This document shows, in pieces, positions 18,302 to 27,263 of a stretch of DNA of 64,000 nt. The first letter of the stretch is position 1. Each line of letters begins with the position of its first letter. Source of the stretch: a virus (Duplodnaviria; Caudoviricetes); IMG/VR virus record IMGVR_UViG_3300025890_003315, positions 11,907 through 75,906 of that record. The stretch is one strand, 5' to 3'. Under the pieces are notes generated by a model. It did no database searches. It was not told the DNA's origin and saw nothing but the letters and a program-made list of their open reading frames with translations. A program made the position numbers and the translations under genes.

Positions 18302-19129
18302 ATGTCAAGAAGAGATTTAAGATTAAACAACGTTCCAACGATGCGGACGGCCACGCTTCTTGGTACAGGTGAACTTATTCCGAGAAACGGAGATGATAGA
18401 ATAGCTATCACAGATATTTCTCATAATGGGTATAGGCCAGTTTTTCTAAGGCAAAGCCCATTAGCTGGCAATGTCCCATCTGGTATTATTGGAGAGCATT
18501 TTCTTGGAATTCCTGTTAGCGGAAGTTCGGATTTTAAATCTCCTGTTATTTCTGACGCTGGGGTATCGATATACAATGCGACAGATAGTTCTATTGAGGG
18601 ATCACAAAATCCAGTTACAGAAAAAGTCTTGGTATCTGCTAATTATTACTATTTTAGACAAAATGGATCTTACTTTGACAATGCTCTTAGATTAAGAATT
18701 AAATTCTCTGTGACATCTTCCGTGTTTACTAAACAGGAAATGGAAAGTAAGTGGGTTAGATTCATTCTTGCTGCTGGAGTACAGGTCGATGAAGTAATAC
18801 TTACTCAAACTGGCTTTGGCGTAACAGAAAGGACTGTTTACGAAATAGACGGAAGCAGCTTGTTTGATAGTCAAAATGTAGCTTTCACTATAACGAGTAA
18901 TACGGCTATGACATCTGCAATTTTTAAAGGCAGTAGTCAGCCTTGGACTCAAACTTCTGCTTATCCAAATGGGGATGTGAACGGATCTTTGCGGTATTGG
19001 TTGGAAAATTATAGTCAGCCAGCCGATACAGAAATATATGGAGGCATATCTTTTTACAAAGACGATTTAGAATACGGAATTCAATATGGAGTTGGAGAAA
19101 TTTTACTTGATGTAACTGTAGTTATTTAA
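18302..19129 (+). CDS. Hypothetical protein (paralog 1, RLNxVP family, extended)
   Basis: N-terminus MSRRDLRLNNVP...G.G......DRIAITDI, shared with the two following ORFs. Confidence 0.7.
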   Translation: MSRRDLRLNNVPTMRTATLLGTGELIPRNGDDRIAITDISHNGYRPVFLRQSPLAGNVPSGIIGEHFLGIPVSGSSDFKSPVISDAGVSIYNATDSSIEGSQNPVTEKVLVSANYYYFRQNGSYFDNALRLRIKFSVTSSVFTKQEMESKWVRFILAAGVQVDEVILTQTGFGVTERTVYEIDGSSLFDSQNVAFTITSNTAMTSAIFKGSSQPWTQTSAYPNGDVNGSLRYWLENYSQPADTEIYGGISFYKDDLEYGIQYGVGEILLDVTVVI

Positions 19130-19133
19130 TATA

Positions 19134-19139
19134 GTGTAA
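19134..19139 (+). promoter_or_regulatory. GTGTAA motif
   Basis: 8 nt before ATG 19148. Confidence 0.6.
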
Positions 19140-19147
19140 TAAATATT

Positions 19148-19444
19148 ATGGCTTCAAATAGAGATTTAAGATTAAATAGCGTTCCGGGTTTTACGGCTTA
19201 TAAAGCCGGGGTTGGTGTTTTGGCTTCAGCAAGTGATAGTGAGTCGATAGTAATTTCCGATATAATCGCAAATACAACTGGTGAACTGAGAGCAAACGAT
19301 GGATCTGGAGACGTTATTATGACAATTGCTGCTGCTGGTCATTGTAATTTGGTAACCCCCATTATAGTAGGGAAAGGAATTGATGTCTACAATGCTAATA
19401 GCGCGATGAATATCACTATAAATTATTGGAAGAATAGAGCTTAA
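19148..19444 (+). CDS. Hypothetical protein (paralog 2)
   Basis: MASNRDLRLNSVP...ESIVISDII...GDVIMTI...GHCNLVTPI.V.KG...INYWK. Confidence 0.75.
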   Translation: MASNRDLRLNSVPGFTAYKAGVGVLASASDSESIVISDIIANTTGELRANDGSGDVIMTIAAAGHCNLVTPIIVGKGIDVYNANSAMNITINYWKNRA

Positions 19445-19445
19445 A

Positions 19446-19763
19446 ATGTCTGATGCAAGATTAAATAGCGTACCTGTAGATGGGGGTACGAGAAACGCAT
19501 TTATTCAAGGGTATGGGATAATTTTGAACGCAGAAGAAGGCGAGAGTATTGTCATAACTGATATTATCGCAAGAAGCTCAGGTCAATTGACAGAGGATAC
19601 CGCTTTAGGAGATGTAATAATAACTATCCCAGTCTTTGGCCATTCAAACTTGACAACTCCTATTAAAGTTTCCAAAGGAGCATCTGTTTTTAACAATACG
19701 CTCGATGGAGCGATTAACAATGAAAATCAAATTTCTATAAATTATTATAAAGTCAGACATTAA
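19446..19763 (+). CDS. Hypothetical protein (paralog 3)
   Basis: MSDARLNSVP...ESIVITDII...GDVIITI...GHSNLTTPI.V.KG...INYYK. Confidence 0.75.
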   Translation: MSDARLNSVPVDGGTRNAFIQGYGIILNAEEGESIVITDIIARSSGQLTEDTALGDVIITIPVFGHSNLTTPIKVSKGASVFNNTLDGAINNENQISINYYKVRH

Positions 19764-20182
19764 ACGCCAGTGCTTCCGAAACCGCCAGTTCCTCTTTCTG
19801 ACTGATCGAGAAACTCTTCTACCTCTCCAAATTCTGCATCGAAACATTGCTCAATAATGATTTGAGCGATTCTATCTTCGTTCTTTACATCGAACGCTTC
19901 TTGTCCAAAGTTGATCAAAATTACACCAATTTCGTTTCTATAGCCACTATCGATCACGCCAGCAAGAACATCGATACCGTGCTTGTATGCAAGTCCGCTT
20001 CTTGGGGCTATTCTGCCATAATATCCATCTGGAATAGCCAAACCGATTCCTGTCTTGATTAACTTCCTTTCGCCGGGAAAAATAGTATGAAAGCCAATTG
20101 AATGCAAATCGTATCCAGCGTCAGTGTTATGCGCTCTAGATGGAATAATGGCTTGTGGGTTAAACTTTTTTAATTGAATCAT
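19760..20182 (-). CDS. dut: dUTPase (trimeric)
   Basis: All five motifs present: AGYDL, PRSGLA, GVIDSGYRNEI, DRIAQII, RGTGGFGSTG. Confidence 0.97.
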   Translation of the reverse strand: MIQLKKFNPQAIIPSRAHNTDAGYDLHSIGFHTIFPGERKLIKTGIGLAIPDGYYGRIAPRSGLAYKHGIDVLAGVIDSGYRNEIGVILINFGQEAFDVKNEDRIAQIIIEQCFDAEFGEVEEFLDQSERGTGGFGSTGV

Positions 20183-20218
20183 ACATTATGATTCAGGTAT
20201 TTTCTAAAAAAGTCAAAT

Positions 20219-20245
20219 AAAAAAGTGACCCCGAATGGTCACTTT
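20219..20245 (-). terminator. Terminator after hsp20
   Basis: Perfect 9-bp stem AAAGTGACC / GGTCACTTT with a 6-nt loop and a T-run on the minus strand. Confidence 0.75.
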
Positions 20246-20281
20246 AGTTTCGTGTGTCACATGTGGATCATTTTGGCACAG

Positions 20282-20656
20282 TCACTCAATGTCAATTTGT
20301 CTCGGTTTTTGTTGTTCAAGTTTTGGCGCAGTGACAATAGCTACGCCGTTTTTTAGTGATACTCTGACCTTTGAGATATCTGAGCCTTCTGGAAGCAAAT
20401 ACTGTTTATTTACTTCTTTTTTATAAAACTCATTTTCAATTGAGCCTTTTACAAATAAAATGTCGTCTTTTACTGAGATTTTGGCATCTTTTTTATCTAA
20501 TCCGGGGATAGTTAAAACTAAAACGCTATCTCCATTTTTTGATTCTGTCCAATAAGCTGAACTTAAATCAAAAGATTTGACGTTGTCTTCAAAAAATTCA
20601 TCCATCATTTGTGGAAATGGAAACCGACTTGAGTTTAGAGTTAATGTCTTAAGCAT
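20282..20656 (-). CDS. Small heat-shock protein (Hsp20/alpha-crystallin)
   Basis: L.IPGLDKKD.KI.V.DD.L.V.G......F...Y.LP...D...V...LKNGV..V..PK. Confidence 0.9.
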   Translation of the reverse strand: MLKTLTLNSSRFPFPQMMDEFFEDNVKSFDLSSAYWTESKNGDSVLVLTIPGLDKKDAKISVKDDILFVKGSIENEFYKKEVNKQYLLPEGSDISKVRVSLKNGVAIVTAPKLEQQKPRQIDIE

Positions 20657-20665
20657 ATAAATACC

Positions 20666-21466
20666 TTATAGCAAGTTTCGTGCCAAAATTTCATTCAAGT
20701 TTAGAAAATATGCAGAAAATATCTTTTTAATTTTTTGATATTGTATTTCTGGGGTGTTAGCTGACCCACTTAAAAAAAGATGATCTTCTTTTTTGATCAA
20801 CTTCATGATTTTTTTTATATCTTGAGTCCAGTCTTCTTCACTTGAAAAGTTGTCGTCTACTTTGAAAACGTCATTTATTTTATTGTTACTAATAAGCCAC
20901 TTAGAAACGTCGGAAGAGAATTCTGTCAGGACAAACTTTTCTAACTGCGTTGTGTTCAGATGGGATTTTGCTTTTATTTTATCGAAAATCTCAGCACCGA
21001 ATTTCTGTTTGAATTCTATCACATCAAAATTATCACAGAAAAAGAAATCAGAGTTTATTGATAAAAATATGTTTTCTTTATTTCTTTTTAAGTCGTTTAT
21101 TCCGCATATATCGAACTCCGCATCGAACGAATGATACATGTTGGATACTTCGCTTTTATTTTTATTTAAAAAGTCAACACATGAATCACAAGAAAATTGG
21201 TCTGCTGATAAATGGACCGACCCAAACGACAGTTTATTTTTTGAAAAATTTCCATATCTACAGTTTTCTGGCTTAACCCAAATAATTTTCTTAAATTTAA
21301 AAAAATAATAGAGTAAAAAATTTAAACTGTCTTGACATGATATATTCGTTTTTAAATTTGTCAAGCAAGAATTTGAGCCAAACCTGATGAGTGTTGCCCC
21401 TTCTGTTGGTGTTTCGTCAGTTTTTAAGTGTGATAGGATAGACAATTCTTTGTTAAAAATTTTCAT
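20666..21466 (-). CDS. Hypothetical protein
   Basis: About 266 aa from ATG 21466. Weak resemblance (IFLSINSDFF) to arginase/UPF0489-like folds. Confidence 0.6.
   Translation of the reverse strand: MKIFNKELSILSHLKTDETPTEGATLIRFGSNSCLTNLKTNISCQDSLNFLLYYFFKFKKIIWVKPENCRYGNFSKNKLSFGSVHLSADQFSCDSCVDFLNKNKSEVSNMYHSFDAEFDICGINDLKRNKENIFLSINSDFFFCDNFDVIEFKQKFGAEIFDKIKAKSHLNTTQLEKFVLTEFSSDVSKWLISNNKINDVFKVDDNFSSEEDWTQDIKKIMKLIKKEDHLFLSGSANTPEIQYQKIKKIFSAYFLNLNEILARNLL
20669..20686 (-). promoter_or_regulatory. Sigma54 (-24/-12) promoter upstream of hsp20
   Basis: TTGGCACGAAACTTGCTA on - matches the TGGCACG-N4-TTGC consensus exactly. The -12 GC lies about 15 nt before the hsp20 ATG. Confidence 0.8.
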
Positions 21467-21504
21467 TTTTTTACTTGACAACTTCTAAAAACAGCTTATA
21501 TATA

Positions 21505-21557
21505 ATTTGTACATATTATTTGTACATATTATTTGTACATATTATTTGTACAAATAA
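21505..21557. repeat. 13-bp tandem repeat (ATTTGTACATATT x3 plus a partial copy) ending in a 16-bp palindrome
   Basis: Units at 21505, 21518, 21531 and a partial one at 21544. TTATTTGTACAAATAA (21542-21557) is a perfect palindrome. Followed by about 55 nt of very AT-rich DNA. Confidence 0.9.
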
Positions 21558-21613
21558 GACATTCATATTATATATTCTATATATTAATATTTTATGTTCT
21601 ATTCATAATATTT

Positions 21614-22273
21614 ATGGAAACATGTTTTATTGGAATTGGTGGAGTAGCTAGGTCTGGGAAAGACACTCTTTCTAGATTGTTGGCAAGAGAACTTGAGTCT
21701 CTTGGCAACTCTTGTTCCATATTGTCGCTAGCGGACCCTCTGAAACAAGAATTGGATGATTTTTGTTATGAGAACTTTGGCATCACAGCAACCACAGATA
21801 AAACAGAAGAAAAGCTTATCATCAGAGATCTTTTAGTCGGCTATGGCGCTGCTAAAAGAAAGTTGACAGAAGGTAGATATTTCACAGAAGAAGCTGATAG
21901 AAGGATGCTACACTCAAAAAGAGACGTAGTTATCATTCCAGACATGAGATACGATGAATATGAAAAAGATGAAGTTCATTGGTTGAAGCAAGAACATGGC
22001 GGCGTATTGATTCATCTTTCTAGATTTGAATTTGATGTTATTGAAGAGCTAGAAGACGGGAATTGGACTGGGCTAAATGGAAGAAGTTTCGTCAAGCCAG
22101 CCAACGCTCACGAAGAAGCCAACGACCCTAGATTATCAGAAAAATCTGATTACAAGTTAAGTTGGCCTACGTTTAAAAAAAAATCTGACGAGATGTGTTT
22201 ACCTTATGTTGAAAAAATTGCTCAATGGTTGATTGATACAGGAAAGGTTTCTGCAAATGTGCTTGTATGGTAA
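21614..22273 (+). CDS. Deoxynucleoside monophosphate kinase (T4 gp1-like)
   Basis: ATG 21614. P-loop IGIGGVARSGKDT, SLADPLK, RDLL..YG...R, and VIIPDMRY..E. Confidence 0.85.
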   Translation: METCFIGIGGVARSGKDTLSRLLARELESLGNSCSILSLADPLKQELDDFCYENFGITATTDKTEEKLIIRDLLVGYGAAKRKLTEGRYFTEEADRRMLHSKRDVVIIPDMRYDEYEKDEVHWLKQEHGGVLIHLSRFEFDVIEELEDGNWTGLNGRSFVKPANAHEEANDPRLSEKSDYKLSWPTFKKKSDEMCLPYVEKIAQWLIDTGKVSANVLVW

Positions 22274-22707
22274 CTTCGAATACAACTATCGAAGATTTTA
22301 TCACTTATGAAATCAAGGACGCAGAAGGTAGATTATTCATCCCTCATGCTTTTAGGACTAATACAAAAAGCCTTAAAGAAACGGACTTCTCAAATGTCGA
22401 TGTGCCAGTCGGAGCATTTGACAAATACGTTTCTTTAAGTTTTTCGGTCTCTGATGAAAATCAATGGGTATCATTTTGTTTGACTGAGTTTTTGTTTGAT
22501 GATCAAAAAACAGTTTTAGATTTTGAAACTTTTTTTCAAGGGGAAACTATATTGGGCTGCATTTACAAATCCTTGAAGTACATGGAGAATGGAATAAAAT
22601 CAGTAACGCCACATGGCCACGAAATAAATCTAACGACATACAAAGAAGTTAGTTGCGTTTTTGAAGATTTTTTAAATTTAATAATAAAATGGAAGATGGA
22701 AAATTAG
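22267..22707 (+). CDS. Hypothetical protein
   Basis: 146 aa ORF overlapping both neighbours in operon fashion. Confidence 0.6.
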   Translation: MVTSNTTIEDFITYEIKDAEGRLFIPHAFRTNTKSLKETDFSNVDVPVGAFDKYVSLSFSVSDENQWVSFCLTEFLFDDQKTVLDFETFFQGETILGCIYKSLKYMENGIKSVTPHGHEINLTTYKEVSCVFEDFLNLIIKWKMEN

Positions 22708-23249
22708 TTGAGAATATAAAAAATAATGCTTGTTCTGATTCTTTTAACGAATTAAAAGAGCGTCATTCTGGTATCTGTTATAATACTTTCGCTAAATATT
22801 CAAAAGTCATGTCTGATGTTGGATACGAAAAGTCTGACATTAACACTGACAAAGATATTGTGATTTTCAAAGCCGCGAAATCTTTTGAGCCAAATAAAGG
22901 AGTCAAATTTGGTACATGGCTGTGCAATCAAATGAGATATTTCTGTTTGAATTACATAAATAAAAACAAAAAATTTCGATCCATTGAACTAACAAAAGAG
23001 CAGCAATACCCAAGTTTTTTAGGAAGCTTTCAAGCTGAAGAAAGAGCAAGTAAAGCCATGTCCAAAATAAAGCAAATGGAAGACCCAAGAGTTTTTAAAG
23101 TTTTCCAAATGAGATATTTTAATTCAAAACCCTCCGAAAAAAAGTGGAAGAATATAGCCAACTCATTGGGAGTCAGCAACCAGACAGCATTGAACATACA
23201 CAAGCGCGGAATAGATTTTTTGAAAAAAAACTTGACAGAAATAGAATAG
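22689..23249 (+). CDS. Phage RNA polymerase sigma factor (sigma70 family, regions 2 and 4)
   Basis: KAAKSFEPNKGVKFGTWL...MR (region 2) and C-terminal HTH WKNIANSLGVSNQTALNIH.RG..FL. Confidence 0.85.
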   Translation: MEDGKLVENIKNNACSDSFNELKERHSGICYNTFAKYSKVMSDVGYEKSDINTDKDIVIFKAAKSFEPNKGVKFGTWLCNQMRYFCLNYINKNKKFRSIELTKEQQYPSFLGSFQAEERASKAMSKIKQMEDPRVFKVFQMRYFNSKPSEKKWKNIANSLGVSNQTALNIHKRGIDFLKKNLTEIE

Positions 23250-23259
23250 ACATCATAAT
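23232..23259 (+). promoter_or_regulatory. Sigma70-type promoter
   Basis: TTGACA-16-CATAAT with ATG 23267 7 nt downstream. Confidence 0.6.
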
Positions 23260-23266
23260 ACAAAAA

Positions 23267-23587
23267 ATGAGCGTAGAAAATAAAACACCACAAAACGAAT
23301 GGCAAAAGAGAGAGATCGGCGCACTTTGGAAGCGTAAGTCTGCAAGTCAATCTTATCTTTCTGGTCATATTGACGTATCTAAAGCCGATGCTTTTCTCGG
23401 AGATTCAAAGCTTAAGTTTGTTGTTTTTAGCAACAGATACAAGGAAAAGGATTCTCATCCAGACTATAGGGTCTACTTGTCTAGAGACGATTCAGCGCAA
23501 AGCAATGAAGCTCCTACTAAAAAGGAAAACGTCTCTGCTCCAGAGACAAAAGAGATCGACAATCCTGACGAAGAAATCTTGGTATAA
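23267..23587 (+). CDS. DUF736-like small OB-fold / ssDNA-binding protein
   Basis: IGALWK......YLSG.I...VVF.N..KE...HPDYRVY with an acidic tail. True start is ATG 23267 after the promoter. Confidence 0.65.
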   Translation: MSVENKTPQNEWQKREIGALWKRKSASQSYLSGHIDVSKADAFLGDSKLKFVVFSNRYKEKDSHPDYRVYLSRDDSAQSNEAPTKKENVSAPETKEIDNPDEEILV

Positions 23588-23590
23588 GAT

Positions 23591-24676
23591 ATGTTTAAGT
23601 CCCTCAACTTACCAATAAATTCGGTCAGTTTTGGTCAAGTGTCAACTGCCCTGCTTCGTAAATTCTACGAGGCAGGGCTTTCGCCTAATCTTTTTACAAT
23701 CGGACAAGTAGACTTATCTTCTCAAAAGCAGGATAAAGACTTTGTTGCTTGGATTCAAGATTGTGTGAATAAAGCTGGCAAAAAGCACTCTAGAGATGTT
23801 CCAATTTTTAAATTGTGGCATATCATGCAGTCTCTTGAGTCTTTCAGCAAAGAACAAGTTCTTTTTACATTCTATGAATTGGATCAACCAACAGAGTTGG
23901 AACTTAATATCTTAACTAACAATAAAAAAGTTTGCGTATCTTCAAACTACACAAAACAAGTTTTTGAAACTTTCGGATTATCAAATGTTCAATATATCCC
24001 ACTTTTCTTTGATAAAAGTAACTTTAATAAAACAAGCAAAGAATATCACCCAGAAAGAATAGTTTTCAATATTGCTGGAAAATTCGAACATAGAAAACAT
24101 CACACCAAAGCTATTAGAACGTGGTTAAACAGGTATGGTAATAACAATGAGTATTTTCTTCAGTGTGCTATTTATAATCCTCATTTAAAACCAGAAGATA
24201 ATCAAAAGATCATCAATGAAATAACTCAAGGAAAACAATTTTTTAATATTAATTTCCTTAGCAGAATGGAGCAAAATCAAGCTTATAACGATTTTCTTAA
24301 TTCAGGAGATATCATCATAGGGGCTTCTGGAGCAGAGGGATGGGGCTTACCTGAATTTCAGAGTGTATGTTTAGGTAAACACGCTGTTATTATGAACGCA
24401 CATTCTTACAAAGATTGGGCGAATAAAGACAACGCTTGTTTGTTTGAGCCAAATAGCAAGGTTCCAGCTTATGACAACATGTTCTTCAAACAAGGCCAAG
24501 AAATCAATCAAGGCAATATTTTTGATTTCAGTCCTGATAACCTTATTGACGCTTGCGAAAGAGCAGTACAAAGAGTTAAAGACCAAAAAGAAAATACGAA
24601 AGGTCTAGAACTTCAAGAAAAATTCTCTTTAGACTTTTTCTATGAGAATATAAAATCTTTGTATGCCTCTTTATAG
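23591..24676 (+). CDS. Glycosyltransferase, GT-B (GT4-like)
   Basis: GKFEHRKH and SGAEGWGLPEFQS..LGK..V (EX7E-like region). Confidence 0.85.
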   Translation: MFKSLNLPINSVSFGQVSTALLRKFYEAGLSPNLFTIGQVDLSSQKQDKDFVAWIQDCVNKAGKKHSRDVPIFKLWHIMQSLESFSKEQVLFTFYELDQPTELELNILTNNKKVCVSSNYTKQVFETFGLSNVQYIPLFFDKSNFNKTSKEYHPERIVFNIAGKFEHRKHHTKAIRTWLNRYGNNNEYFLQCAIYNPHLKPEDNQKIINEITQGKQFFNINFLSRMEQNQAYNDFLNSGDIIIGASGAEGWGLPEFQSVCLGKHAVIMNAHSYKDWANKDNACLFEPNSKVPAYDNMFFKQGQEINQGNIFDFSPDNLIDACERAVQRVKDQKENTKGLELQEKFSLDFFYENIKSLYASL

Positions 24677-25025
24677 TTACAAGCATCCAGAAAAAGAAGA
24701 GTATATTGAAATCGTTCAAACAATGAACGAAGAGCATGTTTATGTAGATGAACAAGGCGTTCAATGGCAAAGAATTTTCCTGATTCCAAACGCTGCTATT
24801 AGCTCAAAAATAGACGGATCACAAGAAAACTTCAATTCCTATTTCGACAATAAAAAAGGTACATTGGGAGATGCTTTCGACGCTTCAAAAGAAGCAGCAG
24901 AAAAAAGAACAAAAATATACGGACACGATCCAGTTCAAAAAGAGTTTTTTAAAGATTATTCTGCAAAAAGAAAAGACCTTAAACACATCAAAGACACACC
25001 TGATACACAAAACATAGTCCTTTAA
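24663..25025 (+). CDS. FmdB-like hypothetical protein (no Zn-ribbon cysteines)
   Basis: MPLYSY..PE..E..E..Q.M.E.H N-terminus. Confidence 0.5.
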   Translation: MPLYSYKHPEKEEYIEIVQTMNEEHVYVDEQGVQWQRIFLIPNAAISSKIDGSQENFNSYFDNKKGTLGDAFDASKEAAEKRTKIYGHDPVQKEFFKDYSAKRKDLKHIKDTPDTQNIVL

Positions 25026-25090
25026 TCTTTTCTTTTTTTGGCCAAGATAAAAATTGACTTATCCCAAAAGTCGTTGTAAATACTATTCAT

Positions 25091-27055
25091 ATGTCAGAAG
25101 TCAATATCATTTCAGATCAGTTTTCTCAAACTTACGCAAACAAGCAACCAAATTGGGGGTTCAATGGATTGGGCTATATTGTTTACAAAAGAACGTACGC
25201 TCGCCTCAAAGACGATGGAAAAACAGAAGAGTGGCATGAAACAATTCAAAGGTGTATTAATGGAGCGCAAAAGCTTGGAGCAGGGTATACTAAAGAAGAG
25301 GCAGAAAAGTTATTTGATCTAATTTTTAATCTGAAGTGCAACTTCGCCGGAAGAATGCTCTGGCAACTTGGTACTCCAACTGTTGATCGCTTCGGAGCAA
25401 ATTCATTGCTCAACTGCTGGTTCACAACAATGAACCATCCAAAGTCTTTTAAATTTCTTTTTGAAAATTTGATGTTAGGTGGCGGCGTTGGATTTTCCGT
25501 TAGAAGAGAAGATATTCACGAGCTACCAAGAGTTAGAAAAAGTGTAAAAATTTATCATGATGAAATAGCAGGAAAGGCCACTAAAGATGCAGATTTTATT
25601 GTTCCAGACTCTAGAGAAGGTTGGATCGAGCTTCTTGGAAAAGTTCTCGATTCTTATTTTTATACTGGCAAAAGCTTTTCTTATTCTACTGTGTTGGTTC
25701 GCGGTGCTGGTGAGCTTATTCGTGGATTCGGTGGCTCGGCTTCTGGGCCTTCGATTTTGATTGATGGAATCACTAAAATTTGCAATGTATTCAAAACTAG
25801 AGAAGGTAAGAAACTTCGGTCTATCGATGTACTAGACATTAATAATATCATTGGGAGTATTGTTGTTGCTGGGAATGTGCGCCGTTCTGCTGAAATTGCT
25901 ATTGGAGACCCTGATGACTTTCTTTTCTTGAGGGCAAAACGCTGGGATTTGGGTGGCATTCCTAATTATCGCGCCATGTCCAACAACACGATTTACTGCG
26001 ATGACTACGATCATACTTCAGAAGCTCTCTGGGAGGGTTATAACGGCAATGGAGAGCCATATGGATTGTTCAATCTACCTCTTTCTGAAAAGTACGGCAG
26101 ACTCTCTGACGGTTTGATGAAAAAGTCAGATCTCTATCCAGAGAATAGGGATAATGTAGTTGGAACAAATCCTTGCGGCGAAATTTCACTTGGTAATTTT
26201 GAGTGCTGCAATCTCAGTGAATTGTATCTCAATAATATCGAGACGAAAGAAGAAGCTCTTGAATGCGCTATCCTTCTCAATAAAACCCAGAAGGCTATTT
26301 GCGCTATGCCATTTATTCACGATGAGACAAACGAGATCGTGCATAAGAACATGCGTATTGGTCTAGGTGTAACTGGAGTTTGTCAAAGTATGGACAAGCT
26401 TTCTTGGTTAGACTTTATCTACAAGGGTCTTCGTAAATTCGACAAGAAGAACAGCAAAGAAAGAGGATGGAGTCCGTCAATCAAATTAACAACCGTTAAA
26501 CCTAGTGGAACACTCAGTATTCTTGCTGGCTCTACCCCCGGTGTTCATCCAGCTTTTTCTAGTTTCTTTATTCGGAGAATTAGAATGGCTGCAAATGACT
26601 CTCTTGTTGAAACTTGCAGAGATCTTGGATACCATACAGAATTTGCTAAAAATTTTGATGGAACAGAAAATCACGATACAGTTGTGATTGAGTTTCCTTG
26701 TAAATTTGAAAATGCATTGCTAGCAAAAGACACTACTGCCGTCAAACAGCTTGATCTTGTGAAAGAACTTCAAGCTAATTGGTCAGACAACGCTGTTTCT
26801 TGCACTGTATACTACAAGAAAGAAGAGCTTTCTGAAATCAAAGAGTGGCTTAAATCTAATTACAAAGATAATATCAAAAGCGTGAGTTTTCTACTTCATA
26901 GCGATCATGGTTTTGTTCAAGCTCCATATGAAGAGATCGATCAAGAGCATTACGACAGAATCGTGAAACGAGTAAAACCGATTGTAGCAATCCAGACTTC
27001 AAATGAAATGATTGAAGGTATCGAATGCGAAGGAGGAGCTTGCCCTATTAGGTAG
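25091..27055 (+). CDS. nrdJ: Class II (adenosylcobalamin-dependent) ribonucleotide reductase, monomeric RTPR type
   Basis: VYKRTYAR, AGRMLWQLG, LLNCW, GGGVG, GNVRRSAEI, TNPCGEI, TTVKPSGT, and C-terminal CEGGACPIR. Confidence 0.95.
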   Translation: MSEVNIISDQFSQTYANKQPNWGFNGLGYIVYKRTYARLKDDGKTEEWHETIQRCINGAQKLGAGYTKEEAEKLFDLIFNLKCNFAGRMLWQLGTPTVDRFGANSLLNCWFTTMNHPKSFKFLFENLMLGGGVGFSVRREDIHELPRVRKSVKIYHDEIAGKATKDADFIVPDSREGWIELLGKVLDSYFYTGKSFSYSTVLVRGAGELIRGFGGSASGPSILIDGITKICNVFKTREGKKLRSIDVLDINNIIGSIVVAGNVRRSAEIAIGDPDDFLFLRAKRWDLGGIPNYRAMSNNTIYCDDYDHTSEALWEGYNGNGEPYGLFNLPLSEKYGRLSDGLMKKSDLYPENRDNVVGTNPCGEISLGNFECCNLSELYLNNIETKEEALECAILLNKTQKAICAMPFIHDETNEIVHKNMRIGLGVTGVCQSMDKLSWLDFIYKGLRKFDKKNSKERGWSPSIKLTTVKPSGTLSILAGSTPGVHPAFSSFFIRRIRMAANDSLVETCRDLGYHTEFAKNFDGTENHDTVVIEFPCKFENALLAKDTTAVKQLDLVKELQANWSDNAVSCTVYYKKEELSEIKEWLKSNYKDNIKSVSFLLHSDHGFVQAPYEEIDQEHYDRIVKRVKPIVAIQTSNEMIEGIECEGGACPIR

Positions 27056-27070
27056 GGCGATTAAAACCCC

Positions 27071-27110
27071 AAAGCCTCTCGTTACACAAAACGGGAGGCT
27101 TTTTTATTTT
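27071..27110 (+). terminator. Rho-independent terminator after nrdJ
   Basis: AAGCCTCTCGTT-ACACAA-AACGGGAGGCTT followed by a T-rich tail. Confidence 0.85.
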
Positions 27111-27143
27111 TATTATCTGTTGCATATTTTATACAATATAACA

Positions 27144-27149
27144 GTGTAA
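27144..27149 (+). promoter_or_regulatory. GTGTAA motif with no canonical start codon behind it
   Basis: Followed by about 90 nt of non-annotated sequence and then a second GTGTAA at 27250. Confidence 0.5.
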
Positions 27150-27263
27150 TTATACGTAGCTGAAAGCAATATTGGAGTATCACTGCACTGCGCAGGTAAC
27201 ACTCAACTTTTATCCGAGTAGGGTTTGCAAGTAAGTTTTTTTATTTTACGTGTAATAAGTTAT

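Noticed and set aside
20237-20286. Three GTCAC motifs downstream of hsp20 as an operator array
   Set aside because: One is part of the terminator stem and the spacing is irregular, so there is insufficient support.
20669-20686. CIRCE (HrcA) operator upstream of hsp20
   Set aside because: It lacks the TTAGCACTC-N9-GAGTGCTAA inverted repeat and fits the sigma54 -24/-12 consensus much better.
21505-21557. Tandem repeat as a CRISPR array
   Set aside because: The 13-bp units are directly adjacent with no spacers, and there are no cas1/cas2 genes.
25026-25090. Cobalamin riboswitch ahead of nrdJ
   Set aside because: The intergenic space is only 65 nt and holds a promoter-like TTGACT directly before the ATG.
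27191-27228. Twister ribozyme (TAACACT...AGGG resemblance)
   Set aside because: Too short, with no P4/L4 catalytic core; kept only as an undefined sRNA or remnant candidate.
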